From contig JAGLLT010000043.1 in the NCBI GenBank assembly GCA_023140385.1, forward strand, positions 1-41,235: a stretch of 41,235 nucleotides of DNA, given 5' to 3'. The notes beneath the pieces are model-generated. The model was not told the origin of the DNA, did no database searches, and worked only from the letters and a program-made list of their open reading frames with translations. Of this stretch, positions 29,167 through 36,694 are shown in pieces. The DNA comes from Candidatus Omnitrophota bacterium (GTDB lineage: Bacteria > Omnitrophota > Gorgyraeia > JAGLLT01). The position numbers were made by a program, and so were the translations under genes. Numbering within the stretch: the stretch's first letter is position 1; the number at the start of each line of letters is the position of its first letter.

Positions 29167-29925
29167 ATGGGAAAAATTAAAATATTAACTTTTGCTATCT
29201 TTCTTTCATTTATCGCTTCTACCCTCTATGCCCAAGATCTTAATGGTTTTCTATATGCCTCTGATCAGGCTGAAACATTTGATCCTTCTAAAAAGGTTAA
29301 AGAATATGTTCGAGGTGAAACTGCATATTGTGTAATTTTAATTAAAGGTTTCTCTATACATGCAGATAATTCAGTTGATTTAAGCGGTGACATAAAATTT
29401 ATTGATCCATCGGGTAATGTATTATTTGAACAGAAAAATTATGCTAAATCTAAAGCAACTGTGGAAAAGAATAATCAATTTGTTAATTTAGATAATTCGT
29501 TAGATATAAGCTTTACCGATAAAGACCCCCTGGGAATGTATATAGTAGAAATAAATATTAAAGACAAAATTTCTGGTGCATCTAATAAATCACAATCCAC
29601 CCTTCTTCTTTTTGATACCAAAGAATCTAAAAATTTGATAATGGCGCCTGTCAAAACGGCAAAACAACTTGACGATTTGTGGGCAGAATACTTTCGCTCA
29701 AAAAATACATGGGCTATAAAAAGGATTATTTCGGCACTTAAGTTGCGCGAAGAATCCACCAACATAGAAGATGCCGCTGTAGGATCCGCCGCAGCTTGGT
29801 CATTAGAAATAAATGCTAAAAAATATCCAGAAATATTAAAAATTTGCAAGCAATCACTTGAACACACAAAAGGTTCAACAAAAGAATTGCTTGTTGAGAT
29901 TATTTATAAGGTTGAAAATAAATAA
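29167..29925 (+). CDS. Cassette: hypothetical exported protein
   Basis: Signal peptide 'MGKIKILTFAIFLSFIASTLYA-QD'; RBS GGAGG. Confidence 0.8.
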   Translation: MGKIKILTFAIFLSFIASTLYAQDLNGFLYASDQAETFDPSKKVKEYVRGETAYCVILIKGFSIHADNSVDLSGDIKFIDPSGNVLFEQKNYAKSKATVEKNNQFVNLDNSLDISFTDKDPLGMYIVEINIKDKISGASNKSQSTLLLFDTKESKNLIMAPVKTAKQLDDLWAEYFRSKNTWAIKRIISALKLREESTNIEDAAVGSAAAWSLEINAKKYPEILKICKQSLEHTKGSTKELLVEIIYKVENK

Positions 29926-29926
29926 C

Positions 29927-29987
29927 TTCTATCAACTCGCTGCGCCTGATCCCCGAAGCCTTGGGCAGGTAAGCTCAAACGTTAGGT
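29927..29987 (+). mobile_element. attC site (R'' AAC changed to ATC)
   Basis: TTCTATC...CCTGATCCCCGAAGCCTTGGGCAGGTAAG...GTTAGGT. Confidence 0.82.
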
Positions 29988-29995
29988 AAAAGAAA

Positions 29996-30376
29996 ATGTG
30001 TGATTTTGATACATGGTTTTTAATCGTTCTGATCTACATCGTCAAGTTCACACTAGTTGTCAAGCGCCCTCGACCTTCAATTGCCATTGTTCTTTTTTTC
30101 TGCACCATTATGGTTGCTGTTCCTTATATTTATCTGCGAGTTGTGGATTGGACTGAAACATTCAACGTAGATCCTCTTGGACACTGGATTGGCACACCGG
30201 TAATGATGTTGTTCATTCCAGTAGCTACATTTATTTACGATTTAAGTACAAAAAAACGAATAAAACCCAAGATGCTCGCGTTGCGGTATATTATTGAAAT
30301 TGCAGTATTTCCTATTTGGGCGTACTTTTGGATTTTGCTTATTGAAGGGATGCTTCTTGATTGGTGGTGGCTATAA
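29996..30376 (+). CDS. Cassette: hypothetical membrane protein
   Basis: 126-aa hydrophobic ORF starting 9 bp after R'. Confidence 0.7.
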   Translation: MCDFDTWFLIVLIYIVKFTLVVKRPRPSIAIVLFFCTIMVAVPYIYLRVVDWTETFNVDPLGHWIGTPVMMLFIPVATFIYDLSTKKRIKPKMLALRYIIEIAVFPIWAYFWILLIEGMLLDWWWL

Positions 30377-30411
30377 TGTTGAGTAAATTATTCTATCGAA
30401 CTAATCATTGT

Positions 30412-30466
30412 ACTTAACCACTATTCCGCTGTGCTCCACAACGGCAGGTGCGCTTTGTCGTTATGC
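30412..30466 (+). mobile_element. attC-like site, shortened or of a different subtype
   Basis: ACTTAAC...CGCTGTGCTCCACAACGGCAGGTGCG...GTTATGC. Confidence 0.65.
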
Positions 30467-30483
30467 AAACATAAAGGATTAAA

Positions 30484-31305
30484 ATGAGTCTAACGAGTTT
30501 TATAAGCGACAAAGAAGTTAAAGCGAAGCTTAAGAAATTATTCCCTTTGCCACAAATAAAAATAAATAAAGAAATATTGGCACAACCTGTTTCAAATAGA
30601 TATCCTTTAATGGGCACAGCATTTGATTATTTATTGAGGTTTTATTTAAATAGAATCAATAAAAACGTGGTTACATCTAAATGGGTAGCTGAATTGGTAC
30701 CTGAGACAGTAAGAGAAGATAAAGAACTATATAAAATATCGACTAAGATAGTGTGTAAAGCTAAGTTAGATTATTATGATTACCTTGAATCAGGGAAACT
30801 AACTAGGAGTCTTTTATCAAGTGCAATACTACTGGCCCAATTGGATTTTATTTACCGTTCAGGTAAAGTAGTCGAAGAATTGGGAACTGTGCATTATGAG
30901 GACATAAAGGATCTAAAAAAACTAATATCAATTGTTAATCCTAAGATATTTAAGGCAAAGAAGACTTGTATATTAAATCCAACATTCGGTAAAGCATCTG
31001 TGCTAGTTGGTGGTGCAGACGCTGATATAATATTGGATGACATGCTAATTGATATTAAAACAACAAAATTCTTTAAAGTGCAAAGGCAAGCATACAATCA
31101 ATTAATAGGATATTATATTTTATATCTGTTAGGAGGTATCAATAAAAATAGCAAAAAATATAAAATTAATAAATTAGGTTTATATTTTTCTAGACATGCT
31201 GAGTTGATAGTATTTCCTGTTAAATCGATTAAGTCTGTTCGGGGCTTCGCATCTTTAATTAAATGGTTTAAAAAAAAGGCACAGGAGCAGACTATTTATT
31301 TTTAA
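30484..31305 (+). CDS. Cassette: PD-(D/E)XK nuclease-like protein
   Basis: 'GTAFDY', 'NPTFG....VGGADADIILDDMLIDIKTTK', 'QLIGY'. Confidence 0.68.
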   Translation: MSLTSFISDKEVKAKLKKLFPLPQIKINKEILAQPVSNRYPLMGTAFDYLLRFYLNRINKNVVTSKWVAELVPETVREDKELYKISTKIVCKAKLDYYDYLESGKLTRSLLSSAILLAQLDFIYRSGKVVEELGTVHYEDIKDLKKLISIVNPKIFKAKKTCILNPTFGKASVLVGGADADIILDDMLIDIKTTKFFKVQRQAYNQLIGYYILYLLGGINKNSKKYKINKLGLYFSRHAELIVFPVKSIKSVRGFASLIKWFKKKAQEQTIYF

Positions 31306-31317
31306 ATTTATAATTTT

Positions 31318-31378
31318 GTATAGCAAAACAATCCAGCTAACCTTTTTCGTGCTTCGCTTGATTCGGGCAACTGATTTT
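31318..31378 (+). mobile_element. attC-like site truncated on its right side by a REP-like block
   Basis: GTATAGC-AAAAC-AATCCAGCT...GGCAACTGATTT with no GTT core. Confidence 0.55.
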
Positions 31379-31380
31379 TA

Positions 31381-31468
31381 AAAGTAAAGGGTCAAGTCTC
31401 GACTTGACTACATGTTGTTCGTTTATTGAACCCCAAAACGTCGGGGCAGGTGAGTTTAAACATTAGCG
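31381..31468 (+). repeat. 57-bp REP-like block (copy 1) fused to an attC right half
   Basis: AAAGTAAAGGGTCAAGTCTCGACTTGACTACATGTTGTTCGTTTATTGAACCCCAAA then ACGTCGGGGCAGGTGAGTTTAAAC-ATTAGCG. Confidence 0.88.
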
Positions 31469-31477
31469 AGATAATAA

Positions 31478-31981
31478 GTGAATATATTTGAAATGATATT
31501 TAATTATTTTTGGGCAGCAGCTATTGTTTTCACTTGCATTAATGTATTGATTTATAAATATCATTCTAAAAAACACATTCAGCAAAACCCAAAACTTACT
31601 GAAGGATATAAAAAGCTCTTCCGCGGTTATTTATTTTGGATGAATATTCCATGGATTGTCATGGGCATTGGTTGTACTGTCGGGAATGTTCCCTCTATTT
31701 GGTATTATTTTAGGCCCAAAAATGGGAATCCCTATGTTCTTGCGTGGTTTGGATCAATTATTGTTCTTTGGATAATAGGTACTTATTGGTTATTCTTAAA
31801 AAATGGTGCTGAAATTATTGCCAAATATCCTGGCGTGTTAATAATGTATTTTGGATTCAAAAGAACTGAAATAACAAATCCAAATTTAATTAAAATGTTT
31901 TGGCTATTATGTCTTACCGGGGGAATATTTGGTCTAGTTTTTATGTGGACTATGGATGTTCCAATACCAGATTTTTGCTAA
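31478..31981 (+). CDS. Cassette: hypothetical membrane protein
   Basis: 167-aa hydrophobic ORF whose TAA stop lies within R'' TGCTAAC. Confidence 0.78.
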   Translation: MNIFEMIFNYFWAAAIVFTCINVLIYKYHSKKHIQQNPKLTEGYKKLFRGYLFWMNIPWIVMGIGCTVGNVPSIWYYFRPKNGNPYVLAWFGSIIVLWIIGTYWLFLKNGAEIIAKYPGVLIMYFGFKRTEITNPNLIKMFWLLCLTGGIFGLVFMWTMDVPIPDFC

Positions 31982-32036
31982 CAATTTTGTCCAGCAGATT
32001 CCAAAGCGTTGGAACTACTTATCTCAAGCGTTATGG
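31976..32036 (+). mobile_element. attC site
   Basis: TGCTAAC...GATTCCAAAGCGTTGGAACT...GTTATGG. Confidence 0.72.
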
Positions 32037-32053
32037 TAAAATAAAATAAGTAA

Positions 32054-32160
32054 GGGGTCAAGTCTCGACTTGACTACATGTTATTTATTTAAGTAATGAT
32101 AAGATTAAAATGTTGTTTTATGATTTAAAACGAAGATGCAGTCAAGTCGAGATCTGACCT
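32054..32160. repeat. REP doublet (REPIN/MITE-like)
   Basis: GGGGTCAAGTCTCGACTTGACTACAT, 56-bp AT-rich spacer, ATGCAGTCAAGTCGAGATCTGACCT (inverted copy). Confidence 0.88.
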
Positions 32161-32197
32161 TCCTATGTACTATGTAATAAAAATTAAGGAGGTAGCC

Positions 32198-32370
32198 ATG
32201 GGTTTCTACAATATCGATCGGCCGATTCACCGAATATTTGCCGTCTTCTCTGGTTTAATGGGAATAGTCTCTCTATTACCTGCAATTGCGACTATTCTGG
32301 AGCGCCAAAGTATCTGGGTTCCCGTCTTTGTGGCTATAACTTTCGTTGCGATTCTATTTATTGAAAGTAA
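32198..32370 (+). pseudogene. Cassette membrane-protein gene cut off by the REP-like block
   Basis: RBS AAGGAGGT plus ATG 32198; two hydrophobic helices, then the frame runs into repeat sequence. Confidence 0.6.
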
Positions 32371-32451
32371 GGGGTCAAGTCTCGACTTGACTACATGTTG
32401 TTCGTTTATTGAACCCCAAAGCCTTAGATCAGGTGATATCTGGAGTCAGAT
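32364..32451 (+). repeat. 57-bp REP-like block (copy 2) fused to a decayed attC right half
   Basis: 56/57 identical to 31381-31437, followed by GCCTTAGATCAGGTGATATCTGGA-GTCAGAT. Confidence 0.88.
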
Positions 32452-32470
32452 GTAGAAAGCAAGAGAGGTA

Positions 32471-32499
32471 TTGACGAATACATTAGAATATGATATAAT
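32471..32499 (+). promoter_or_regulatory. TA promoter
   Basis: TTGACG-17bp-TATAAT with extended TG. Confidence 0.8.
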
Positions 32500-32540
32500 A
32501 CAATTGAATGTAAAAGAATAAAAAAGAAAGGGGCTGGAAG

Positions 32541-32783
32541 ATGTCTAGAGTGATTACATTGCGGTTATCGGAAGAAGAATATAGAGAAATATCAGCAGTA
32601 GCTATGATAGAACACCGTCCTATTTCCAACTTTATCACAACCACCGTTCTCAGGGAAATAGAAGAATCTTATTTTATTGATCCTATTGAAACGGCACAAA
32701 TAAAGTCAGATAAGAAGCTCTTAGAGAAGCTAAAATCGGGGCATAACGACGCCAAAGGCATGAAAGGTCAATTCGTTGACTAA
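32541..32783 (+). CDS. RHH/CopG-like antitoxin
   Basis: 'VITLRLSEEEY....A.IEHRPISNFI'; overlaps the RelE gene. Confidence 0.82.
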   Translation: MSRVITLRLSEEEYREISAVAMIEHRPISNFITTTVLREIEESYFIDPIETAQIKSDKKLLEKLKSGHNDAKGMKGQFVD

Positions 32784-33054
32784 TTTCAAATTATTTGAAA
32801 CAAGCCAGTTTCTAAAAAATCTTGAAGGAGAATTCGGCGGTCAACAGAAACGGATAAAAAGAAAACTCAGAAGCTACGTTTACCCTCAATTAAAACAACA
32901 ACCCCATTTTGGCAAAAACATAAAAAAACTAAGAGATTATAAACCGGAAACATGGCGATATAGAATAGGAGATTATAGGTTTTTCTACGAAGTCGACGAC
33001 CACAAAAAAATTGTCTTTATGATATCTGCCGACAATCGCGCGAATGCCTATTAG
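32776..33054 (+). CDS. RelE/ParE-family toxin
   Basis: 'NIKKL...ETWRYRIGDYRFFYEVD.....V......R..AY'. Confidence 0.9.
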   Translation: MTNFKLFETSQFLKNLEGEFGGQQKRIKRKLRSYVYPQLKQQPHFGKNIKKLRDYKPETWRYRIGDYRFFYEVDDHKKIVFMISADNRANAY

Positions 33055-33166
33055 AATATTAAGAATCTTATATTTTTAACCGCAATTAGGATTAGCGTAT
33101 CATTTTTATGGACACAAAAATATGATAATCCAAAGTGGCCCGGCTTGTTGTTGAATGAAATTAAAA

Positions 33167-33227
33167 GCATAGTAATTTCATCCACCCGACCCTGAACTTT
33201 TAGAGCCGCTGTTTTCCAGTGTTGGAA
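33167..33227 (+). mobile_element. Degenerate attC-like site
   Basis: GCATAGT-AATTTCATCCACCCGACCCTGAAC...GCCGCTG...GTTGGAA; 61 bp like its siblings. Confidence 0.6.
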
Positions 33228-33251
33228 AAGAAAATGAAAGGAGGAAAAAAG

Positions 33252-33863
33252 ATGAAACTGGGGCATATGAATCCTTCAGCACCGGATTATGTCGCAAGAG
33301 TAGCATTGTTTATAGTTGGCATAATGAGCATGCCTGTTGGAATTTTTATGATTTTAGGGGAAATGTTTTTCATCGGACTCTTCATGGTAGTCATGGGTAT
33401 TTACGGGGTTTTGATATCCGTACTTTCCTCGCCGTATAAAAAGAAATTAGGGGGAAATGATAGAATAAAAAAACCAAAATTATTGAATTATTTAATGTAT
33501 GTTGTGCTGATTTCTATAAGTTTATTGTTATTATTTTTTGACAATGACCAAAATATGTACTTTTTCCTTGCAGTCTTCTCTTTTATTGCCGCAATTTTAA
33601 GTCTCGATTTCAATTGGCGTGAATATTGGCGTGAATTTAATAAGCCTGTGGGATGGCGATTGCCAAAACTCCGCGAAATAATTTCCTTAGCTATAATAGG
33701 CCTATCTTTTACCGCTCTTATATTCCTCGTTCGAGCACTTGAGGAAACAGGTCAAGATTTATACGATCATATATTTCGAAATAAGCCAGTTGTAATCTGT
33801 TTATGGCTTATTTATATTTTATTACCTCTGCTGCGAAAAGATAGTGGAGATATAACTAATTAA
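33252..33863 (+). CDS. Cassette: hypothetical multi-pass membrane protein
   Basis: RBS AGGAGG; about six hydrophobic segments. Confidence 0.75.
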   Translation: MKLGHMNPSAPDYVARVALFIVGIMSMPVGIFMILGEMFFIGLFMVVMGIYGVLISVLSSPYKKKLGGNDRIKKPKLLNYLMYVVLISISLLLLFFDNDQNMYFFLAVFSFIAAILSLDFNWREYWREFNKPVGWRLPKLREIISLAIIGLSFTALIFLVRALEETGQDLYDHIFRNKPVVICLWLIYILLPLLRKDSGDITN

Positions 33864-33918
33864 AAAAGAACATCAAAGAAATTGAAGTTGATAATACTAT
33901 ATTCAATAAATGAAATGC

Positions 33919-33979
33919 TCCTAACGAGTTACTGCATCCGATCCCGAATCTTCGGAGCAGGTGAGCCGAATTATTATTT
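33919..33979 (+). mobile_element. attC site (R' GTT changed to ATT)
   Basis: TCCTAAC...CTGCATCCGATCCCGAATCTTCGGAGCAGGTGAG...ATTATTT. Confidence 0.8.
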
Positions 33980-34004
33980 GGGAAAAAATAAAAAATAATA
34001 AATG

Positions 34005-34033
34005 TTGCCAAAAGGCACACAATATGGTATATT
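34005..34033 (+). promoter_or_regulatory. TA promoter, likely giving a leaderless transcript
   Basis: TTGCCA-17bp-TATATT, with ATG 7 bp downstream. Confidence 0.65.
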
Positions 34034-34039
34034 TTGAAC

Positions 34040-34321
34040 ATGGAAGAGTATTACAAATGGAATAATGAAAAAAACGAATTATTAAAATACTCTCGCAAAA
34101 TCTGCTTTGAACAAATTGCCATGCATATAGATCAAGGGGATCTGATTGACATCATTGGGCACCCAAACCAAAATAGATATCCAAATCAAAAAATGCTGGT
34201 TGTAAAAGTTAATGAATATGTATACTTGGTACCATTTATCAAAGAAGGAAATGTACGCTTTTTAAAAACTATTATACCTAGCCGAAAGGCTACAAAAAAA
34301 TACATAAGAGGTGAAAAATGA
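34040..34321 (+). CDS. BrnT-like toxin
   Basis: 'WNNEKNELLK..R.ICFE', 'HPNQ.RYPNQ', 'YVYLVPF', 'FLKTIIPSRKATK.Y'. Confidence 0.8.
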   Translation: MEEYYKWNNEKNELLKYSRKICFEQIAMHIDQGDLIDIIGHPNQNRYPNQKMLVVKVNEYVYLVPFIKEGNVRFLKTIIPSRKATKKYIRGEK

Positions 34322-34608
34322 AGAAAGGCAAATTGAACAAATACGAACAGGAATTACTGGATTCTTATGAGCGTGGTGAATGGAAATCTATTAAAAACAC
34401 AAAACAAGAAATTAAAAAACACCGAACGTATGCTCGCAGTACTATTGCTAAAAACAAAAGAATAAATATTCGGATATCCTCAAAAGACCTTGAAGATGTT
34501 CAAGTTATAGCATTAGAAGAAGGATTACCATATCAAACTTTAATCGCAAGCGTTATACATAAATTTATTAACGGAAATTTTATAGAAAAAAAGCAGATAA
34601 CGAAGTAA
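34318..34608 (+). CDS. BrnA/CopG-like antitoxin
   Basis: 'KRINIRISS.DL......ALEEGLPYQTLIASVIHK'; ATGA overlap. Confidence 0.85.
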   Translation: MKKGKLNKYEQELLDSYERGEWKSIKNTKQEIKKHRTYARSTIAKNKRINIRISSKDLEDVQVIALEEGLPYQTLIASVIHKFINGNFIEKKQITK

Positions 34609-34632
34609 TCCAGCCTGACCTTGTTCCGCCGG
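34595..34632 (+). mobile_element. attC left half only
   Basis: AGATAAC-GAAGT-AATCCAGCCTGACC; right arm missing. Confidence 0.55.
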
Positions 34633-34760
34633 AATTATATAATTGCCTAAATCCACAAATCCAAAAATCAGGGGACATAGAATTCCGTTCGAAAAATATA
34701 AAAAGCGACTCATACCGATAAGCATAAAAGGAAATGTTGTGTCTAGAAAGGGAGAATAAA

Positions 34761-35201
34761 ATGAAAACAAAAATTTTAGTATTTCTACTCTGTTCTGTTT
34801 ATTTTGCTTTTACCCAAGTGAACGCGGAAATTGATTCTAAAAAGGTTATAGAAGAAAAAGAATTAACTGCTGTTGAGGCGGCTAAAAGCTGGGTGATACT
34901 CGTGGATGAAGGAAAATATAATAAAAGTTACTTAAAAGCCGCTGATTACTTCAAAAATGCTGTCACAGAAGAGCAGTGGCTGCAAGGAATGACCGCTACC
35001 AGAAACCCTCTTGGAAAAGTTTTATTGAGAGAGCTTAAATCAAAAAAATATATGACAGAATTGCCCGGTGCTCCGGATGGTGAGTATGTGGTAATTCAAT
35101 TTAATACATCTTTTGAAAACAAGAAATCTTCAGTTGAAACAATTACTCAAATGCTTGAAAAAGATGGTACGTGGAAAATGTCAGGATATTTTATAAAGTA
35201 A
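34761..35201 (+). CDS. Cassette: DUF4019-family exported protein
   Basis: Signal peptide; 'W..LVD.G.Y', 'R.PLG', 'LPGAPDGEYVVIQF.TSF', 'ETIT', 'DG.W...GYFIK'. Confidence 0.88.
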   Translation: MKTKILVFLLCSVYFAFTQVNAEIDSKKVIEEKELTAVEAAKSWVILVDEGKYNKSYLKAADYFKNAVTEEQWLQGMTATRNPLGKVLLRELKSKKYMTELPGAPDGEYVVIQFNTSFENKKSSVETITQMLEKDGTWKMSGYFIK

Positions 35202-35203
35202 AA

Positions 35204-35263
35204 ACATAACTTGCCACTGCACCCGATTCCGAAGTGTTGGAGCGGGTGAATTTGCTGTTATTT
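35204..35263 (+). mobile_element. attC site
   Basis: ACATAAC...CTGCACCCGATTCCGAAGTGTTGGAGCGGGTGAA...GTTATTT. Confidence 0.88.
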
Positions 35264-35271
35264 CAAAACAC

Positions 35272-35300
35272 TTGACAAATGTATATATGTGGTATATACT
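35272..35300 (+). promoter_or_regulatory. TA promoter with operator palindrome
   Basis: TTGACA-17bp-TATACT; GTATATA-TGTGG-TATATAC. Confidence 0.8.
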
Positions 35301-35309
35301 TAATTTATA

Positions 35310-35621
35310 ATGAATAATTACAAAATATTGCAGAAATGTGTTGGTTTCGAATGGGATCAACATAATGCTAAAAAGAATTGGGAAAAGCATAAAGTAACAC
35401 CGGCTGAATGCGAACAATTTTTTTTCAATAGGCCATTGATTGTTATTGATGATACAAAACATTCTCAATCTGAAAGGCGATTTTACGCGTTAGGAAAAAC
35501 TGATTTACGCCGGAGATTATTTATTGCATTTACCATCAGAAACAATTCAATTCGAATAATATCCGCGAGGAATATGAATAAAAAAGAAAAAAGGAGCTAT
35601 GAAAAACATGAAGAAAAATAA
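35310..35621 (+). CDS. brnT: BrnT-family toxin
   Basis: 'GFEWD..N..KN..KH.V...ECEQFF', 'HSQSE.R..ALG.T', 'IRIISAR.M'. Confidence 0.9.
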   Translation: MNNYKILQKCVGFEWDQHNAKKNWEKHKVTPAECEQFFFNRPLIVIDDTKHSQSERRFYALGKTDLRRRLFIAFTIRNNSIRIISARNMNKKEKRSYEKHEEK

Positions 35622-35883
35622 AATACCAAAATTCAGAACCGAGAAAGAGGAAAGAAACTTTTGGAGCTCTCATGACTCTACTGAATATATTGACTGGTCA
35701 AAGGCAAGGAATATCACTCTATCTAATTTAAAACCTTCTGTAAAAAGTATTTCAATCCGTCTTCCGGAAATAATGGTTGAGGAATTGAAATTATTAGCCA
35801 ATAAAAGAGATATCCCGTATCAGTCATTGATGAAAATTTATATTTCGGAAAAAGTGACAGAAGAGCTCCAAAGAATATCATAG
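35599..35883 (+). CDS. brnA: BrnA-family antitoxin
   Basis: 'IPKF.TE.EERNFW..HDSTEY.DW', 'ISIRLP', 'IPYQSLMK'. Confidence 0.88.
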   Translation: MKNMKKNKIPKFRTEKEERNFWSSHDSTEYIDWSKARNITLSNLKPSVKSISIRLPEIMVEELKLLANKRDIPYQSLMKIYISEKVTEELQRIS

Positions 35884-35942
35884 ATAACAAAACACTGCAC
35901 TTAACTCTGAACCTTCGGGGCAGGTGAATTCAAACGTTAGAA
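35882..35942 (+). mobile_element. attC site
   Basis: AGATAAC...CTGCACTTAACTCTGAACCTTCGGGGCAGGTGAA...GTTAGAA. Confidence 0.88.
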
Positions 35943-35979
35943 GAAAATACAAGATGTATAAAAAACAAAGGAGAGATAA

Positions 35980-36222
35980 ATGACGGTTGATATATTGCGT
36001 GGAGTATTAGGATGGTGCGCTGTAATTAATATGGGATTATTGCTATGGTGGTTTTTATTCCTGGTATTTGCTCATGATTGGGTTTATCGCATGCACAGCA
36101 GGTGGTTCAAAATTCCGGTAGAAACATTCGATGCAACTCATTATGCCGGTATAGTTTTTTTTAAAATAGCTATATTTGTTCTCAATATTATTCCGTATTT
36201 CGCGTTACGAATTGTAACATAA
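35980..36222 (+). CDS. Cassette: small membrane protein (DUF6868-like)
   Basis: 'LGWC.VIN.GLLL.WF', 'H..WF.I..ETFDA.HY', 'FKI.IF..N..PY.AL'; RBS AAGGAG. Confidence 0.78.
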   Translation: MTVDILRGVLGWCAVINMGLLLWWFLFLVFAHDWVYRMHSRWFKIPVETFDATHYAGIVFFKIAIFVLNIIPYFALRIVT

Positions 36223-36233
36223 AATATACTGAT

Positions 36234-36296
36234 ATTTAACAATTTAATCAAACAAACCCGAAGTTTCGCGGTCACTATCCCTCCCCGATGTTAGCC
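36234..36296 (+). mobile_element. Degenerate attC-like site
   Basis: ATTTAAC...CCCGAAGTTTCGCGG...GTTAGCC. Confidence 0.6.
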
Positions 36297-36319
36297 GCCA
36301 ACCACTAAAAGGAAGTATA

Positions 36320-36694
36320 ATGAAATTTTGCACAGTTATTAACTGTATGGATGGGCGTGTTCAGATACCTGTGATTAACTATCTGCGCGACCGGTTCAAC
36401 GTGGATTATGTCGATTCTATCACTGAGCCGGGGCCAAATCTAATTCTGGCAGAAAATAACAATAAAGCATTGACAGAGTCTATTCTTGCGCGACTCAAGA
36501 TTTCAATTGAAAATCACCGGTCTATTGGAGTCGCGATTGCGGGGCACTATGATTGTGCCGGGAATCCGGCGCCGAAAGAAGAGCAAGTTGCGCATATTAG
36601 GAAAGCGATTGAGTTTCTTCGTCAACGATATGGGGAAATTGAAATTATCGGGTTATGGGTTGATGAAAATTGGAAAGTAAATGAAGTCATATGA
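36320..36694 (+). CDS. Cassette: minimal beta-carbonic-anhydrase-like Zn protein
   Basis: 'CMDGR' plus 'HYDCAG' (Cys/His/Cys Zn ligands); 124 aa. Confidence 0.72.
   Translation: MKFCTVINCMDGRVQIPVINYLRDRFNVDYVDSITEPGPNLILAENNNKALTESILARLKISIENHRSIGVAIAGHYDCAGNPAPKEEQVAHIRKAIEFLRQRYGEIEIIGLWVDENWKVNEVI

Noticed and set aside
32165..32455. 96-aa ORF as an intact gene
   Set aside because: The real start is probably 32198 and the C-terminal third is translated REP/attC sequence; treated as a truncated gene.
32776..33054. C/A codon skew in relE similar to the nfnB tail
   Set aside because: Much weaker and explainable by Lys/Gln-rich composition.
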